Assembly: GCA_963798085.1 (NCBI GenBank)
Contig: CAWCRS010000007.1
Span: forward strand, 576,001-640,000
Source of the DNA: an uncultured Gemmatimonadales bacterium
Lineage (GTDB): Bacteria; Gemmatimonadota; Gemmatimonadetes; Longimicrobiales; RSA9
Length of the DNA stretch: 64,000 nucleotides
Direction of reading: 5' to 3'
How positions within the stretch are numbered: position 1 is the stretch's first letter; the number at the start of each line of letters is the position of its first letter. Shown piece after piece: positions 21,199 through 32,553 of this stretch. The notes below the pieces were generated by a model. It saw only the letters and a program-made list of their open reading frames with translations. It made no database searches and was not told the DNA's origin. A program made the position numbers and the translations under genes.

Positions 21199-22354
21199 TC
21201 AGGTGCAGTAGCCGACCACCGTGCCCGCCAGGATGCGCGCCAGACGATGCACGGACTCGAGGTCCACCCATTCGACAGTCGGCGTGCGCTCCTTCGCCGT
21301 GCGGCCCCAGCACCACCGTGTCGACGCCGGCCGCGGCCAGCAGGGCCGAGTCCATCCAGGGCGTCTCGCCCACGAACTCGGGCGCGTGCCCCAGCTCCGA
21401 CTCGACCTGGCTCGCGACCGCCGACACCAGCGGCGAACCCGGCCTGGCCTCGAACGGCGGCTGCGCCAGCAGCGTCGCGAGCGTGGCGTGAAATGTGTCG
21501 TCTTCCATGTGCAGTGCATCCAGGATGCTCTGCACCTGCTGCACGACTTCGGCTTCCCGCTCGGGCGGTATCGTGCGCCGCTCCAGACCCAGTCGGCATT
21601 CCGCGGCGTACGTGCTCAGGCCGGTGCCGCCCTGCAGCAGCGCCGCGTGCAGCGACGCGTGGCCCAGCAGCGGGTGTGCGGTGCGCGCGCGCAGCTCGCG
21701 GCCCAGCCCCTCGAGTCGCACGAGGACGCGCCCCATGCGCGTGTTCGCATCAATGCCCAGATCGGGGCGGCTGCCGTGCGCGGCACGACCCTGTGTTGTG
21801 ACTTCCATCCACACGAAACCCTTGTGCGCGAGGCAGACCCGCAGCGATGTCGGCTCGGTGACAATCGCGCCATCGACGCGGTAGCGACCCACGAGGTCGC
21901 GGGTGCCGAGACTGGAATGCTCCTCGTCGGCGACGGCCGCAATGAGCACATCGCCGGCTGGTCGCGTGCCCGCGCGCAGCAGCGCTTCCACCGCTCCCAT
22001 GCACGCGGCCAGGCTGCCCTTCATGTCGTATGCGCCGCGGCCGTAGAGCCGGCCATCGCGCACATCCGCCGCGAACGGCGACTGCATACCCTCGACACCC
22101 ACCGTGTCGTAGTGCGCGTTGAGCATGAGCGAGCGCCCGCTGCCCTGACCGCGCAGCCGGCCCACCACGCTGACGCGACCCGGCGAGGGCTCGTGACGGC
22201 TGACCTCGAGACCGAGTCGCGACAGCGTCTCCGCCACGTACGCGCCGATCTCCGCCTCACCGGCACCGTGTGGATCGAGTGAAGGATTTGTGGAATTGAT
22301 GCGCACGAGGCTGCGCAGCACATCCGTGATCCAGTCCGGGTCCGTGCGGATCAT
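21199..22354 (-). CDS. ArgE/DapE-family M20 deacylase (frameshift near 21280)
   Basis: LNAHYDTV, GRGAYDMKG, ADEE, TEP, GRAAHGS, GPHGEGAH; true C-terminus VEWVDLESV... lies in ORF 21199..21519. Confidence 0.9.
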
Positions 22355-22636
22355 GCTCTCTCGAAGTTCGAGTTGCTGCCGCAGCCAACGCGGCGAGCCG
22401 CTCGTGCGTCTCTGCATGGAGGGCGAGATTTACGGCGGCGCACCATTGTCTGCTGCCCGCGTGCGGCTGTCCAGCACGATGGGCTGCGGAAGTGCGCGCC
22501 GCCGTTGCGTTCCGGCACAGTGGATGGACGTCCCGCGGCACACGCGGGTACACCGGCCCCCACGGGTAGGAACCTCGTCCGTGACGTGTTAGTATTCCGG
22601 GTCAGCACCTGCCCCCAGACCGAAAGGAGCGCCGGC

Positions 22637-23419
22637 GTGCGCCCCGCGAGGACGAACCGCGCTGCCACAGTCTCCATCGGCGTGCTCGCCCTGGTCAGCG
22701 CGGCCGCGGCTGGCGCGCCCCCCGATCGCGCGCAGCGCAACGCGGACCGTGCTCAGCCGTACCATTCGTTCTACTTCTCGCGCGGCATCTACTCGGGCTG
22801 GTCGCGCTGGGGCCGGCGAGGCAACAGCTGGCAGACGGACGGACCCAAGTCTGACCGGCAGTTCCTCGTGGTACTGCGCCGGCTCACCAACATGGATGCG
22901 TATCCGATGGAGCACAACATCGCGCTGGATGATCCCGCGCTGCGTCGCTACCCCTTCCTCTACATCCTCGAGGTGGGATACATGGCAATGACACCCGAGG
23001 AGATGCAGGGACTGCGTGACTACGTCGAACACGGCGGCTTCGTGATGGTCGATGATTTCTGGGGCACCGCCGAGTGGGCCAACTTCGAGGAGCAGATGCA
23101 GCAGGTCTTCCCCGAATACGCTATCGTCGAGCTGCCGCGCGATCATCCGATCTTCAACAGCTTCTACGAGATGCACGAGATCCTGCAGGTGCCCAACGTC
23201 AACAACGCGCGCCGCGGCATCACGTGGGAGCGCGATGGCTTCGTGCCGCACGTGCGCGGCATCTTCGACGCCAATGGCCGGCTCATCATGGCCATCAACT
23301 GGAACATGGACATGGGTGATGCCTGGGAGTGGGCGGAACAGCCCGATTATCCCGTGAAGTACTCGAACTACGCCTTCCAGATGGGCGTGAATACGATCAT
23401 CTACGCCATGAGTCATTAG
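22637..23419 (+). CDS. DUF4159-like secreted protein
   Basis: GAAAGGAG SD + GTG; YPFLY..E.G; LRDYVEHGGFVMVDDFWG; HPIF; NMDMGDAWEW; MGVNTIIYAMSH. Confidence 0.8.
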   Translation: MRPARTNRAATVSIGVLALVSAAAAGAPPDRAQRNADRAQPYHSFYFSRGIYSGWSRWGRRGNSWQTDGPKSDRQFLVVLRRLTNMDAYPMEHNIALDDPALRRYPFLYILEVGYMAMTPEEMQGLRDYVEHGGFVMVDDFWGTAEWANFEEQMQQVFPEYAIVELPRDHPIFNSFYEMHEILQVPNVNNARRGITWERDGFVPHVRGIFDANGRLIMAINWNMDMGDAWEWAEQPDYPVKYSNYAFQMGVNTIIYAMSH

Positions 23420-23422
23420 AAC

Positions 23423-25706
23423 GTGCTGTCGCGCATCTTCGAGTTCCTGTTCAAGTACCGCCCGCTGTTCTTCCGTGAGGGCCGTCTCACGTTCGAAGCG
23501 CCCGTCGCGCTGGGCACGCTCAGCGCCGTCGTGCTCGTGGTGGCGTTCATTGCCGTGTGGACGTACCGCGGCGTGGGCGGCAAGGCCACACGCCGCGACC
23601 GCATCGTGCTTTCCACGCTGCGCGTCGTCCTGTTCGCGCTGCTGGGCTTCGCACTCCTGCGGCCCACGCTGCTCGTGTCCAATGTCGTGCCGCAGCAGAA
23701 CTACGTGGGCGTACTGATCGATGACTCGCGCAGCATGCGCATCACCGATGGAGGCGACGCACCTCGTTCCGCGTTCGTCGCCCAGACGTTCGGTCCGCAG
23801 AGCCAGCTCATTGCCCAGCTGGAGAGCAGGTTCCGACTGCGCTTCTTCCGCTTCTCCATGGATGCGGAGCGCGCGGGCGACCCCGCCGCACTCGATTACT
23901 CCGGTGTGCGCACGCGCATTGCCCCGGCGCTGGACCGGGCCCGCGAGGAGCTGGCGCCCGTGCCCCTCTCGGGCCTCGTGCTGATCACGGATGGCGCGGA
24001 CAACTCCTCGTCCACGCTCACCGAATCGCTGCTCGCGCTCAAGGCCGCGCAGGTGCCCGTGTACACTATAGGTCTGGGCCGCGAGCGCTACGAGCACGAC
24101 ATCGAACTCAGCGCGTGTCTCGACACCGCGCTCCGTGCTGAAGGGCGCTTCACTCATGGTCGACCTGCTGGTCACGCAGAGCGGCTACGCCGGCCAGACC
24201 GTGCAGGTGCAGGTGGAGGACGAGGGGCGCATCGTCGGCTCCCAGGATGTGAAGCTGGCCGCGGACGGCGAGCCGCTGCCCGTGCGCGTCAAGTTCACGG
24301 CCAACAATGCCGGTCCGCGCAGGTTCACGTTCCGCGTGCCCGCACAGAACGGTGAGCTGGTGCTCGAGAACAACCAGCAGTCGGCGCTGATCGATGTGCA
24401 GGATGGTAAACGCAAGATTCTCTATTACGAAGGCGAGCCGCGCTGGGAAATGACGTTCATGCGCCGCGCGCTGGAGAAGGATGAGAACGTTCAACTGGTC
24501 GTGCTGCTGCGCTCCGCGGAGAACAAGTACTGGCGAGGCCAGGTGGACAGCGCCGCCGAGCTGCTGCACGGATTCCCGCGCCTCGCGCGAAGAACTGTTC
24601 AAGTATCAGGGCCTGGTGCTCGGGCACCGTGGAAGCCAGCGCGTTCACGCACGATCAGCTGCGCATGATCGCGGACTTCGTGGGCGAGCGCGGCGGCGGT
24701 CTGCTGGCGCTGGGCGGGCGCCACTCCTTCGCGGAGGGCGGCTGGGTGGGCACACCCGTGGCCGACGTGCTGCCCGTCGAGATGGATGTGTCCGGCGGCA
24801 TCGACACGACGTACTTCGACTCGCTCAGGGTCGAGCCCACGCGCGCCGGCCTGGTGCACCCCGCCACGCAGATCGCGCCCACCGAGAAGGCATCGATCGC
24901 GCGCTGGGACAGCATGCCGCGCGTCACCACCATGAACCGGCTCGGTGAGCTGAAGCCGGGCGCCACCGCACTGCTCACCGGCAAGGGCGCCACGGTCCCC
25001 GCCGGCGAGCCGGTCCTCGCCTTCCAGCGCTACGGGAGAGGCCTGGCGATTTCACTGGGCGTGCAGGATACGTGGCTCTGGCAGATGATCCCGCCGACGG
25101 AAGACATGACCCACGAGATGTTCTGGGGCCAGCTGCTGCGCTGGCTGGTGAATGCGACGCCCGACCAGCTCACCATCACGCTGGGTACCGACCACGCTTC
25201 GCCCGGCGAGACCGTGCCCATCGTCGCCGAGGTCGATGACGAGAGCTACCTGCGCGTCAATAACGCGCGTGTTATCGCACACGTAACCTCGCCTTCCGGC
25301 GGGGCGGTCGAATGTGCCGCTGGAGTGGACCATCGAGCGTGACGGCGAGTACCACGGCGCCTTCACACCCAAGGAGGACGGGCTCTACCGCATCGACGTC
25401 GAGGCGAGGCATGACACGGTCTCGCTGAAGGGCAAGCCGGCCTTCATCGAATCGGCGCAGAGCCGCGCGGAGTTCTTCGGCTCGCAGCTCAACGCCACGC
25501 TGCTGAAGCGCATCGCGGATGAGACGGGCGGGCACTACTACACGCCCGCCACCGTGAAGACGCTGCCCGAAGATCTCTCGGTCACTGGCAAGGGCTCGAC
25601 GGTGCTCGAGGAGAAGGAGCTGTGGGACATGCCGATCCTGCTGCTCCTGATGCTCACGGCCGTGGCCGCGGAATGGCTCTACCGCCGGCGCAAGGGTCTC
25701 GCCTGA
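23423..25706 (+). CDS. Membrane protein with vWA-like and class-I GATase-like domains (frameshifts near 24120, 24580-24625, 25310)
   Basis: N-terminal TMs; LIDDSRSM and LITDG MIDAS-like motifs; FVGERGGGLLALGG..LPV; FWGQLLRWL; LLKRIADETGG; EWLYRRRKGL. Confidence 0.75.
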
Positions 25707-26710
25707 TGCGACGCCTCTCGCTCGCCGCCCTCGTGCTCGCCCTCCCGCTCACGCCGCTGCGTGCACAGGAAACAGCGACGCACGTCATCATCGTGAGCGG
25801 CATTGGTGGCGAGCCGCAGTACCAGACCGAGTTTCTGGCGTGGGGTCTGAGCATGGCGAAGGCCGCGGTCGAGCGCTGGGGCGTGCCGAAGTCCGACGTG
25901 ACATTCCTGGCGGAGCAGCCGGAAGCCGCGCCCGGCTACGTCACGGGCAGGTCGACGAAGGAGAATGTCGAGCAGGCGTTCACGCAGGTGGCCGCGAACG
26001 CGGGGCCCAACGATCTCGTGTTCGTGCTGCTCATCGGGCATGGCAGCTTCCTCAATGGCACGGCGCGCATCAACCTGCCGGGACCCGATCTCGCGGCCGC
26101 CGATTTCGCGCAGCTGGTCGACAAGCTGGGCTCGCGCCGCGTGGTGCTCGTCAACACGGCCAGCTCGAGCGGCGAGTTCCTCAAGGCCATCAGCGGACCG
26201 AACCGCATTGTCATCACCTCCACCAAGTCCGGCATGGAGCGCAATGAGTCGCGCTTCGCGCGCTACTTCGTGCAGGCCTTCGCCGAGGACGGCGCGGACA
26301 CCGACAAGGATGGCGCGGTCTCCATGCTGGAAGCATTCCAGTTCGCACGCCGCGAGGTACAGCGTTCCTATGAGGCACAGCAGGCGCTGCTCACCGAACA
26401 CGCTGTTTTCGATGACAACGGTGATGGCAGGGGCAGCGTCGATGCCGCTGCCGGCGGAGATGGCGCGACGGCCCGGCTGACGTTCCTCGGGCGAGGTGCG
26501 GTAGTGGCCGGCGCCGAGGCGCCGGAAGGTGCGAGCCCGCAGCTGCGCGCGCTCTACGAGCAGAAACGCGATCTCGAGCATCGCATCGATGCGCTCAAGG
26601 CCGCCAAGGCGACCATGGACCCCGATGCGTACCAGAAGCAGCTGGAGGATCTGCTGCTCGATCTGGCGCAGAAGAGCGAAGAGATCCGCAAGCTCGAGGG
26701 CAAGTCATGA
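25706..26710 (+). CDS. Secreted caspase/C13-fold-like protein with EF-hand-like loop and C-terminal coiled coil
   Basis: Signal peptide; VFVLLIGHGS; VNTASSSGEF at the expected catalytic Cys; DTDKDGAVSMLE loop; TGATG coupling. Confidence 0.6.
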   Translation: MRRLSLAALVLALPLTPLRAQETATHVIIVSGIGGEPQYQTEFLAWGLSMAKAAVERWGVPKSDVTFLAEQPEAAPGYVTGRSTKENVEQAFTQVAANAGPNDLVFVLLIGHGSFLNGTARINLPGPDLAAADFAQLVDKLGSRRVVLVNTASSSGEFLKAISGPNRIVITSTKSGMERNESRFARYFVQAFAEDGADTDKDGAVSMLEAFQFARREVQRSYEAQQALLTEHAVFDDNGDGRGSVDAAAGGDGATARLTFLGRGAVVAGAEAPEGASPQLRALYEQKRDLEHRIDALKAAKATMDPDAYQKQLEDLLLDLAQKSEEIRKLEGKS

Positions 26711-29368
26711 GTTCGCGCGCACACCTGCACGCGCTCGTTGTGCTCTGCGCTGCGATCACCCTGGTGCCGATCGCGGCTCCGGCCTGCGCGCAGCGCAGCG
26801 GCACGCAATGATGCGTACGCGGCGTACGCGAGCGGCGACTACGATGGCGCCATCAGCGCGCTGCGCCAGATCGTGCAGAACACGCCCGCGGATGTGCGCG
26901 CACGCCGCACGCTGGTAGCCGTACTGGCGGAAACAGGCCATTACGACGATGCGGAAGCCGCCGCGCGCGCCAGCCCATCGCCGGAGCTGGCCAATGCGCT
27001 GGGCCAGGTCCTGTACGCGCGCGGCCGGCTGGATGATGCCGCGGCCGCGTTCCAGCGCGCAGTGCAGGGCAGGGCGTCCGACGCCAACACGGCGAAGCTG
27101 AATCTCGCGCTGCTCGATCTGGATCGCGGGCGCACCGAACCGGCACTCGACGGGTTCGACACGTTCATCGATCTGTACAACAATGCGGGTCAGCTCGCGG
27201 CCCGCGACCTGATCGCCGTGGGCGAAGCCGTGCGCCATCTGGGCGTGCGCGATCCGCAGCTCTTCAAGGATGCCATCAAGGCATTCGACGAAGCCATCAA
27301 GGCGGACAGCGGCACCATCGACGGCACCCCGGCCGCCGTCGAGGCCCGCATCCGCATGGGCAACCTCTTCCTCGACAAGTACAGCAGCACGGATGCACAG
27401 CCACTGTTCCGCGAGGTGCTGGCGGACAATCCGAAGCAGCCGGATGCTCTGCTGGGGATGGCGAAGGCGAAGAATTTCGACGGCTCTGCGGAATCCCTCG
27501 ATCTGGTGGACAGGAGCCTGCAGAGCAATCCTAACAGCGTGCCAGCACTGGTATTCAAGGCCAGGCTGCAGCTGGACCTGGAACGGCCGGAGGAAGCCAG
27601 GGCCAGTATCGACAAGGCGCTGGCCGTGAATCCGAACTCGCTGGAAGCACTCGCGGCACGCGCCACGGCCGCGTTCCTCGCCGGCGACGACGCCGCCTTC
27701 AACAGCACGCGCGATCAGATTCTCGGGCTCGATCCGGCGTACGCAGACCTGTACGATCAGGTGGCCGAGCTGGCCGTGCGCCAGCGCCGTTACGCGGGCG
27801 CCGTCGATCTGGCGACACGCGCAGTGACGCTCGATGCTCGCGACTGGGCGGGCTGGGGCACGCTGGGCCTGAACCAGCTGCGCCTGGGCAAAGTCGATGA
27901 CGCGCGCGCAAGTCTCGAGAAGTCGTTCGCGGGCGACCCCTACAATCCCTGGATCAAGAACACGCTCGACCTGCTCGACACGTTCGGGCAGTACCGCATT
28001 GTGAAGACGCCGCACTTCGAGCTGATGCTGCACGCGGACGAGGCGGATCTGCTGGCGCCCTACGCCATTGCGCTGCTCGATGAAGCGTACGACAAGCTGA
28101 GCGCGCGCTACGGCTACGCGCCGCCTACGCCCATACGCGTCGAGGTGTACCCGCACCACGCGGACTTCTCCGTGCGCACCGTGGGGCTCGCGGGTCTGGG
28201 CGCGCTGGGCGTCTGTTTCGGCCCGGTGCTGGCCATCGATTCACCGGCCGCCCGCGATGAAGGCCAGTTCAACTGGGGCTCCACGCTGTGGCACGAGCTG
28301 ACGCACTCGGTCACGCTCGGGCTGTCGCAGCATCGCGTGCCCCGCTGGTTCACCGAAGGCCTGTCCGTGCTGGAGGAGCGCCGCGCCCGCCCCGGCTGGG
28401 GCGATGACCTGACGCCGGAATTCATCGCCGCCTACAAGCGCGGCGACATGCTGCCCGTGAGCCGGCTGTCGGAGGGTTTCGTGCGGCCGAAGTTCCCCGA
28501 GCAGGTCGTGTTCGCGTACTACGAGGCGTCGCTGGTCGCACAGATGATCGAGGAGCAGCAGGGCTTTCCGAAGATCATCGCGATGCTCAAGGCGTATGGT
28601 GAGGGAAAGTCCGACCGGCAGGTAATCGAGAGCGTGGTGGGCCAGGCGCCCGATGCATTCGACAAGGCGTTCGATCAGTGGATCCGCCAGCGCTTCGCCA
28701 CGCAGTTCGGCGCCATCCGCGCGCAGAAGAGCGAATGGACCCGTGGCGCGCGTCATGGACTCGTTGCGCGGCGGCGAGCCTGCCGCTGATGACTTCGGTG
28801 CGCAGCTGGCCAAGGGGGACGAGCTGGTGAAGGACAGGAAGGACGCCGAAGCCAGGCCCTACCTGGAGAGGGCTAAGGCGCTGTTTCCCGAGTACGTGGC
28901 CGAGGGCAATGCCTACGAACTGCTCGCCGGCATCGACCAGCGCGCGGGCAACAATCGCGCGGCCGCTGACGAGCTGACCGCGCTCGCCGCCATCAACGAG
29001 AACGACTACGAGGCCAACCTGGCGCTGGCGTCGCTGCTGGAAGGCCTGAATGATCCGAAGGGCGCGGCCGCCGCGCTGGAGCGCGCCATCTGGATCTCGC
29101 CCTACGGCCCGGGCTGCACCAGAAGCTGGCGGCGCTGTCATGCGAAGCGGGTGACAGACAGGGTGTTATACGGGCGCGCCGGGCGCTGGTCGCGCTCGAC
29201 CCGGTGGACAAGGCGGAGGCGCTGTATCAGCTGGCCATGGCGTACTTCGATGCCGGCGACAGTGCCGGGGCGCGGCGCGAAGTGCTGCGCGCGCTCGAGA
29301 TCGCACCGGACTTCACCAGGGCGCAGCAGCTGCTCCTGCGCCTGCGTTCGGGCGGAGGCGCACCATGA
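26707..29368 (+). CDS. TPR-repeat protein with HExxH (peptidase MA-like) domain (frameshifts near 26750, 28735, 29110)
   Basis: Many TPRs; WHELTH..VPRWFTEG; C-terminal TPRs; ATGA overlaps at both ends. Confidence 0.8.
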
Positions 29369-30204
29369 TCGCGCGCGCGGCGGGTCTGCTGCTGGCCGGC
29401 TCGGCCAGCCTCCTGCTGAGCGCAGCGCCCGGCAGCCGCGCGCTGCGCCGTCATGCGCATGGCCCCAACCGGAACCGCGGCAGCGTCCGCCCCGCGTCAG
29501 GACTTCCCGTATCATCCGTACAACGCGAAGCTGGACGTTCATCCGTGTGCACACCAACGGCGGCGACCGCAGCATGCGCGGCTGCGGCCGGCGCTTCGAT
29601 CCCGGCTGGTACCACGACTACCCGGATGCGGATCGCAACCTGTCCCGAGATCATCGCCGAGCTGACCAACATATACACGACACTGGACGAGTACGGCGGC
29701 AACATCCTCACCTTCGATGATCCCCGACTGCTGCAGTTCCCCATCGCGTACGTGTCCGAGCCCGGCCAATGGAATGCGACCGACGAGCGAGGCGAAGGCC
29801 TGCGCGAGTACCTGCTCAAGGGCGGGTTCGTCATCTTCGACGACTTCGGCTCACGCGGCTACCGCGACGACATGTGCAATCTGGCCAACCAGATGAAGCG
29901 CGCTCTGCCCGGGCTGGACTGGATGCCGCTCGATGGCAGTGAAGCGATCTGGGACTCGTTCTTCACCATCGAGCAGGAAGAGATCGTGTTCACCGGCCCC
30001 GCCGCGTACCGCGGGCCCACGCCCGAGTTCTTCGGCCTGTTCCTGGACAACGACAGGAAGAAGCGCATGATCGCCATTGCCGGCAACAACGGTGACATTG
30101 GCGAATTCTGGGAATACTCCGACAAGGGCTGGTACCCGGTCGATCTGTCGAACGAAGCGTACAAGGTGGGGATCAACTACGTCATGTATCCGTACACACA
30201 CTGA
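29365..30204 (+). CDS. Second DUF4159-like protein (frameshifted in N-terminal part)
   Basis: WYHDYPDADRN (alternate frame); FPIAYVSEPG; LREYLLKGGFVIFDDF; GDIGEFWE; VGINYVMY. Confidence 0.75.
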   Translation: MIARAAGLLLAGSASLLLSAAPGSRALRRHAHGPNRNRGSVRPASGLPVSSVQREAGRSSVCTPTAATAACAAAAGASIPAGTTTTRMRIATCPEIIAELTNIYTTLDEYGGNILTFDDPRLLQFPIAYVSEPGQWNATDERGEGLREYLLKGGFVIFDDFGSRGYRDDMCNLANQMKRALPGLDWMPLDGSEAIWDSFFTIEQEEIVFTGPAAYRGPTPEFFGLFLDNDRKKRMIAIAGNNGDIGEFWEYSDKGWYPVDLSNEAYKVGINYVMYPYTH

Positions 30205-30237
30205 GAAGCAACGCAGTTCGAAACAGGGGAGCGCACC

Positions 30238-31293
<1,056 letters not shown>

Positions 31294-31302
31294 TGTGGAA
31301 CA

Positions 31303-31611
31303 GAATCCCCGGAAACGTTTCTCGGGCTGGGGCTGGGAACGACATTGAGGATTGAGAATGAATGGGACCTGGAGTCCGGACATGCTGACAACGACGTTAG
31401 CAGAGCTTGCGCGGCGCAGCCACGCCCGGCAGCACGCGCACCGGTGCCAGCAACCAGAACCGCCAGGCAACGCCGTGAAGCCGTTCGCCCTGAATCCGTT
31501 GAACCCCGGCCCCAGCCCGAAATCCAGCCCCGGAAACGCCATCAGGCTGTTCGCCCTGAATGCGTTCAACCCCAGCCCCAGCCCGAGCCCCGGAAACGTT
31601 CCTGGGGAATC
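31303..31611. repeat. ~310-bp intergenic element with imperfect terminal inverted repeats and internal ~60-bp tandem duplication
   Basis: Left arm GAATCCCCGGAAACGTTTCTCGGGCTGGGGCTGGG; reverse complement of right arm GATTCCCCAGGAACGTTT(CCGGGG)CTCGGGCTGGGGCTGGG; GTTCGCCCTGAAT..AACCCC unit occurs twice. Confidence 0.75.
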
Positions 31612-31629
31612 CGTTCGAGCAATGTTGCC

Positions 31630-32553
31630 ATGAGACTTTCCCACCACCACCAGGGCACCGTTCCGGGCGCGAGCTTCGTCGATCCGAAGGCGCTGGCGAG
31701 GATCGATAATCTGGAGTTGGTGGCAAAGTTCGTGGTGGATGGTTTCATCAACGGGCTGCACAAGTCGCCGTACCTGGGGCTGTCGCTGGATTTCGCGGAG
31801 CATCGCGCCTACATGCCGGGCGATGACATCCGCCGCATCGACTGGCGCCTCTACGCGCGCACCGACCGCTACTACGTGAAGGAATTCGAGGCGGACACCA
31901 ACGCCAATTTCACGGTGCTGCTGGATGTGTCGAAGTCGATGGCGTTCGGGATGAAGGGGCTGAGCAAGATCGACTACGCGCGTTTTCTGGGCGCCTCGCT
32001 GGCATACTTCTCGAGTCAGCAGCGTGATCGGGTGGGGCTGGTGACGTTCGATCGCGATGTCGTCGACTACGTGCCGCCCTCGGCCAAGCACCTGGATGTG
32101 GTGCTGCACACCATCGATCGCATCCGGCCGCAGCGGCCGGGCCTGCTGAAGCCGGCCATCGAACACGCGCTGGGTGCGCTCAACCGCCGCGGCGTGCTGC
32201 TGCTCATCTCCGACTTCTACGAACCGCCCGAGCAGGTGCTCGAGGCCGTGCGCCCGCTGCGCTACCGCGGCAACGATGTCATCGTGTTCCACGTGCTCGA
32301 TCCCGCCGAGATCGATTTTCCGTACGAAGAGGCCGGCAATTTCGAGGACCTCGAGACCGGCGAGCGTATCCCCATCGTGCCCGCCACACTGCGCGAGAAG
32401 TATCACGACCTGGTGATGGCGCACGTGGCGCACCTCAGCCGCAAGTTCGCCGATGATCGCATCGACTACGCGCTGTTCGACACCAGCACGCCGCTCGATT
32501 ACGCAATGTTCCACTACCTGAGCAATCGCGTGCGGTTGCTGAAGACACGCTGA
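31630..32553 (+). CDS. DUF58 domain protein
   Basis: GLHKSPYLG.S.DFAEHRAYMPGDDIRRIDW..YARTDRYYVKEFE.DTN; LDVSKSM; LISDF. Confidence 0.95.
   Translation: MRLSHHHQGTVPGASFVDPKALARIDNLELVAKFVVDGFINGLHKSPYLGLSLDFAEHRAYMPGDDIRRIDWRLYARTDRYYVKEFEADTNANFTVLLDVSKSMAFGMKGLSKIDYARFLGASLAYFSSQQRDRVGLVTFDRDVVDYVPPSAKHLDVVLHTIDRIRPQRPGLLKPAIEHALGALNRRGVLLLISDFYEPPEQVLEAVRPLRYRGNDVIVFHVLDPAEIDFPYEEAGNFEDLETGERIPIVPATLREKYHDLVMAHVAHLSRKFADDRIDYALFDTSTPLDYAMFHYLSNRVRLLKTR

Noticed and set aside
20543..22417. Apparent M20 deacylase-ECF sigma fusion (624 aa ORF)
   Set aside because: The M20 C-terminus lies in another frame ending at 21199 and the ECF has its own SD and ATG at 21118; an indel near 21280 creates the fusion
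31352..31633. 93-aa ORF and N-terminal extension of DUF58
   Set aside because: Translation of the repeat element (PSP/QPE runs); no family features
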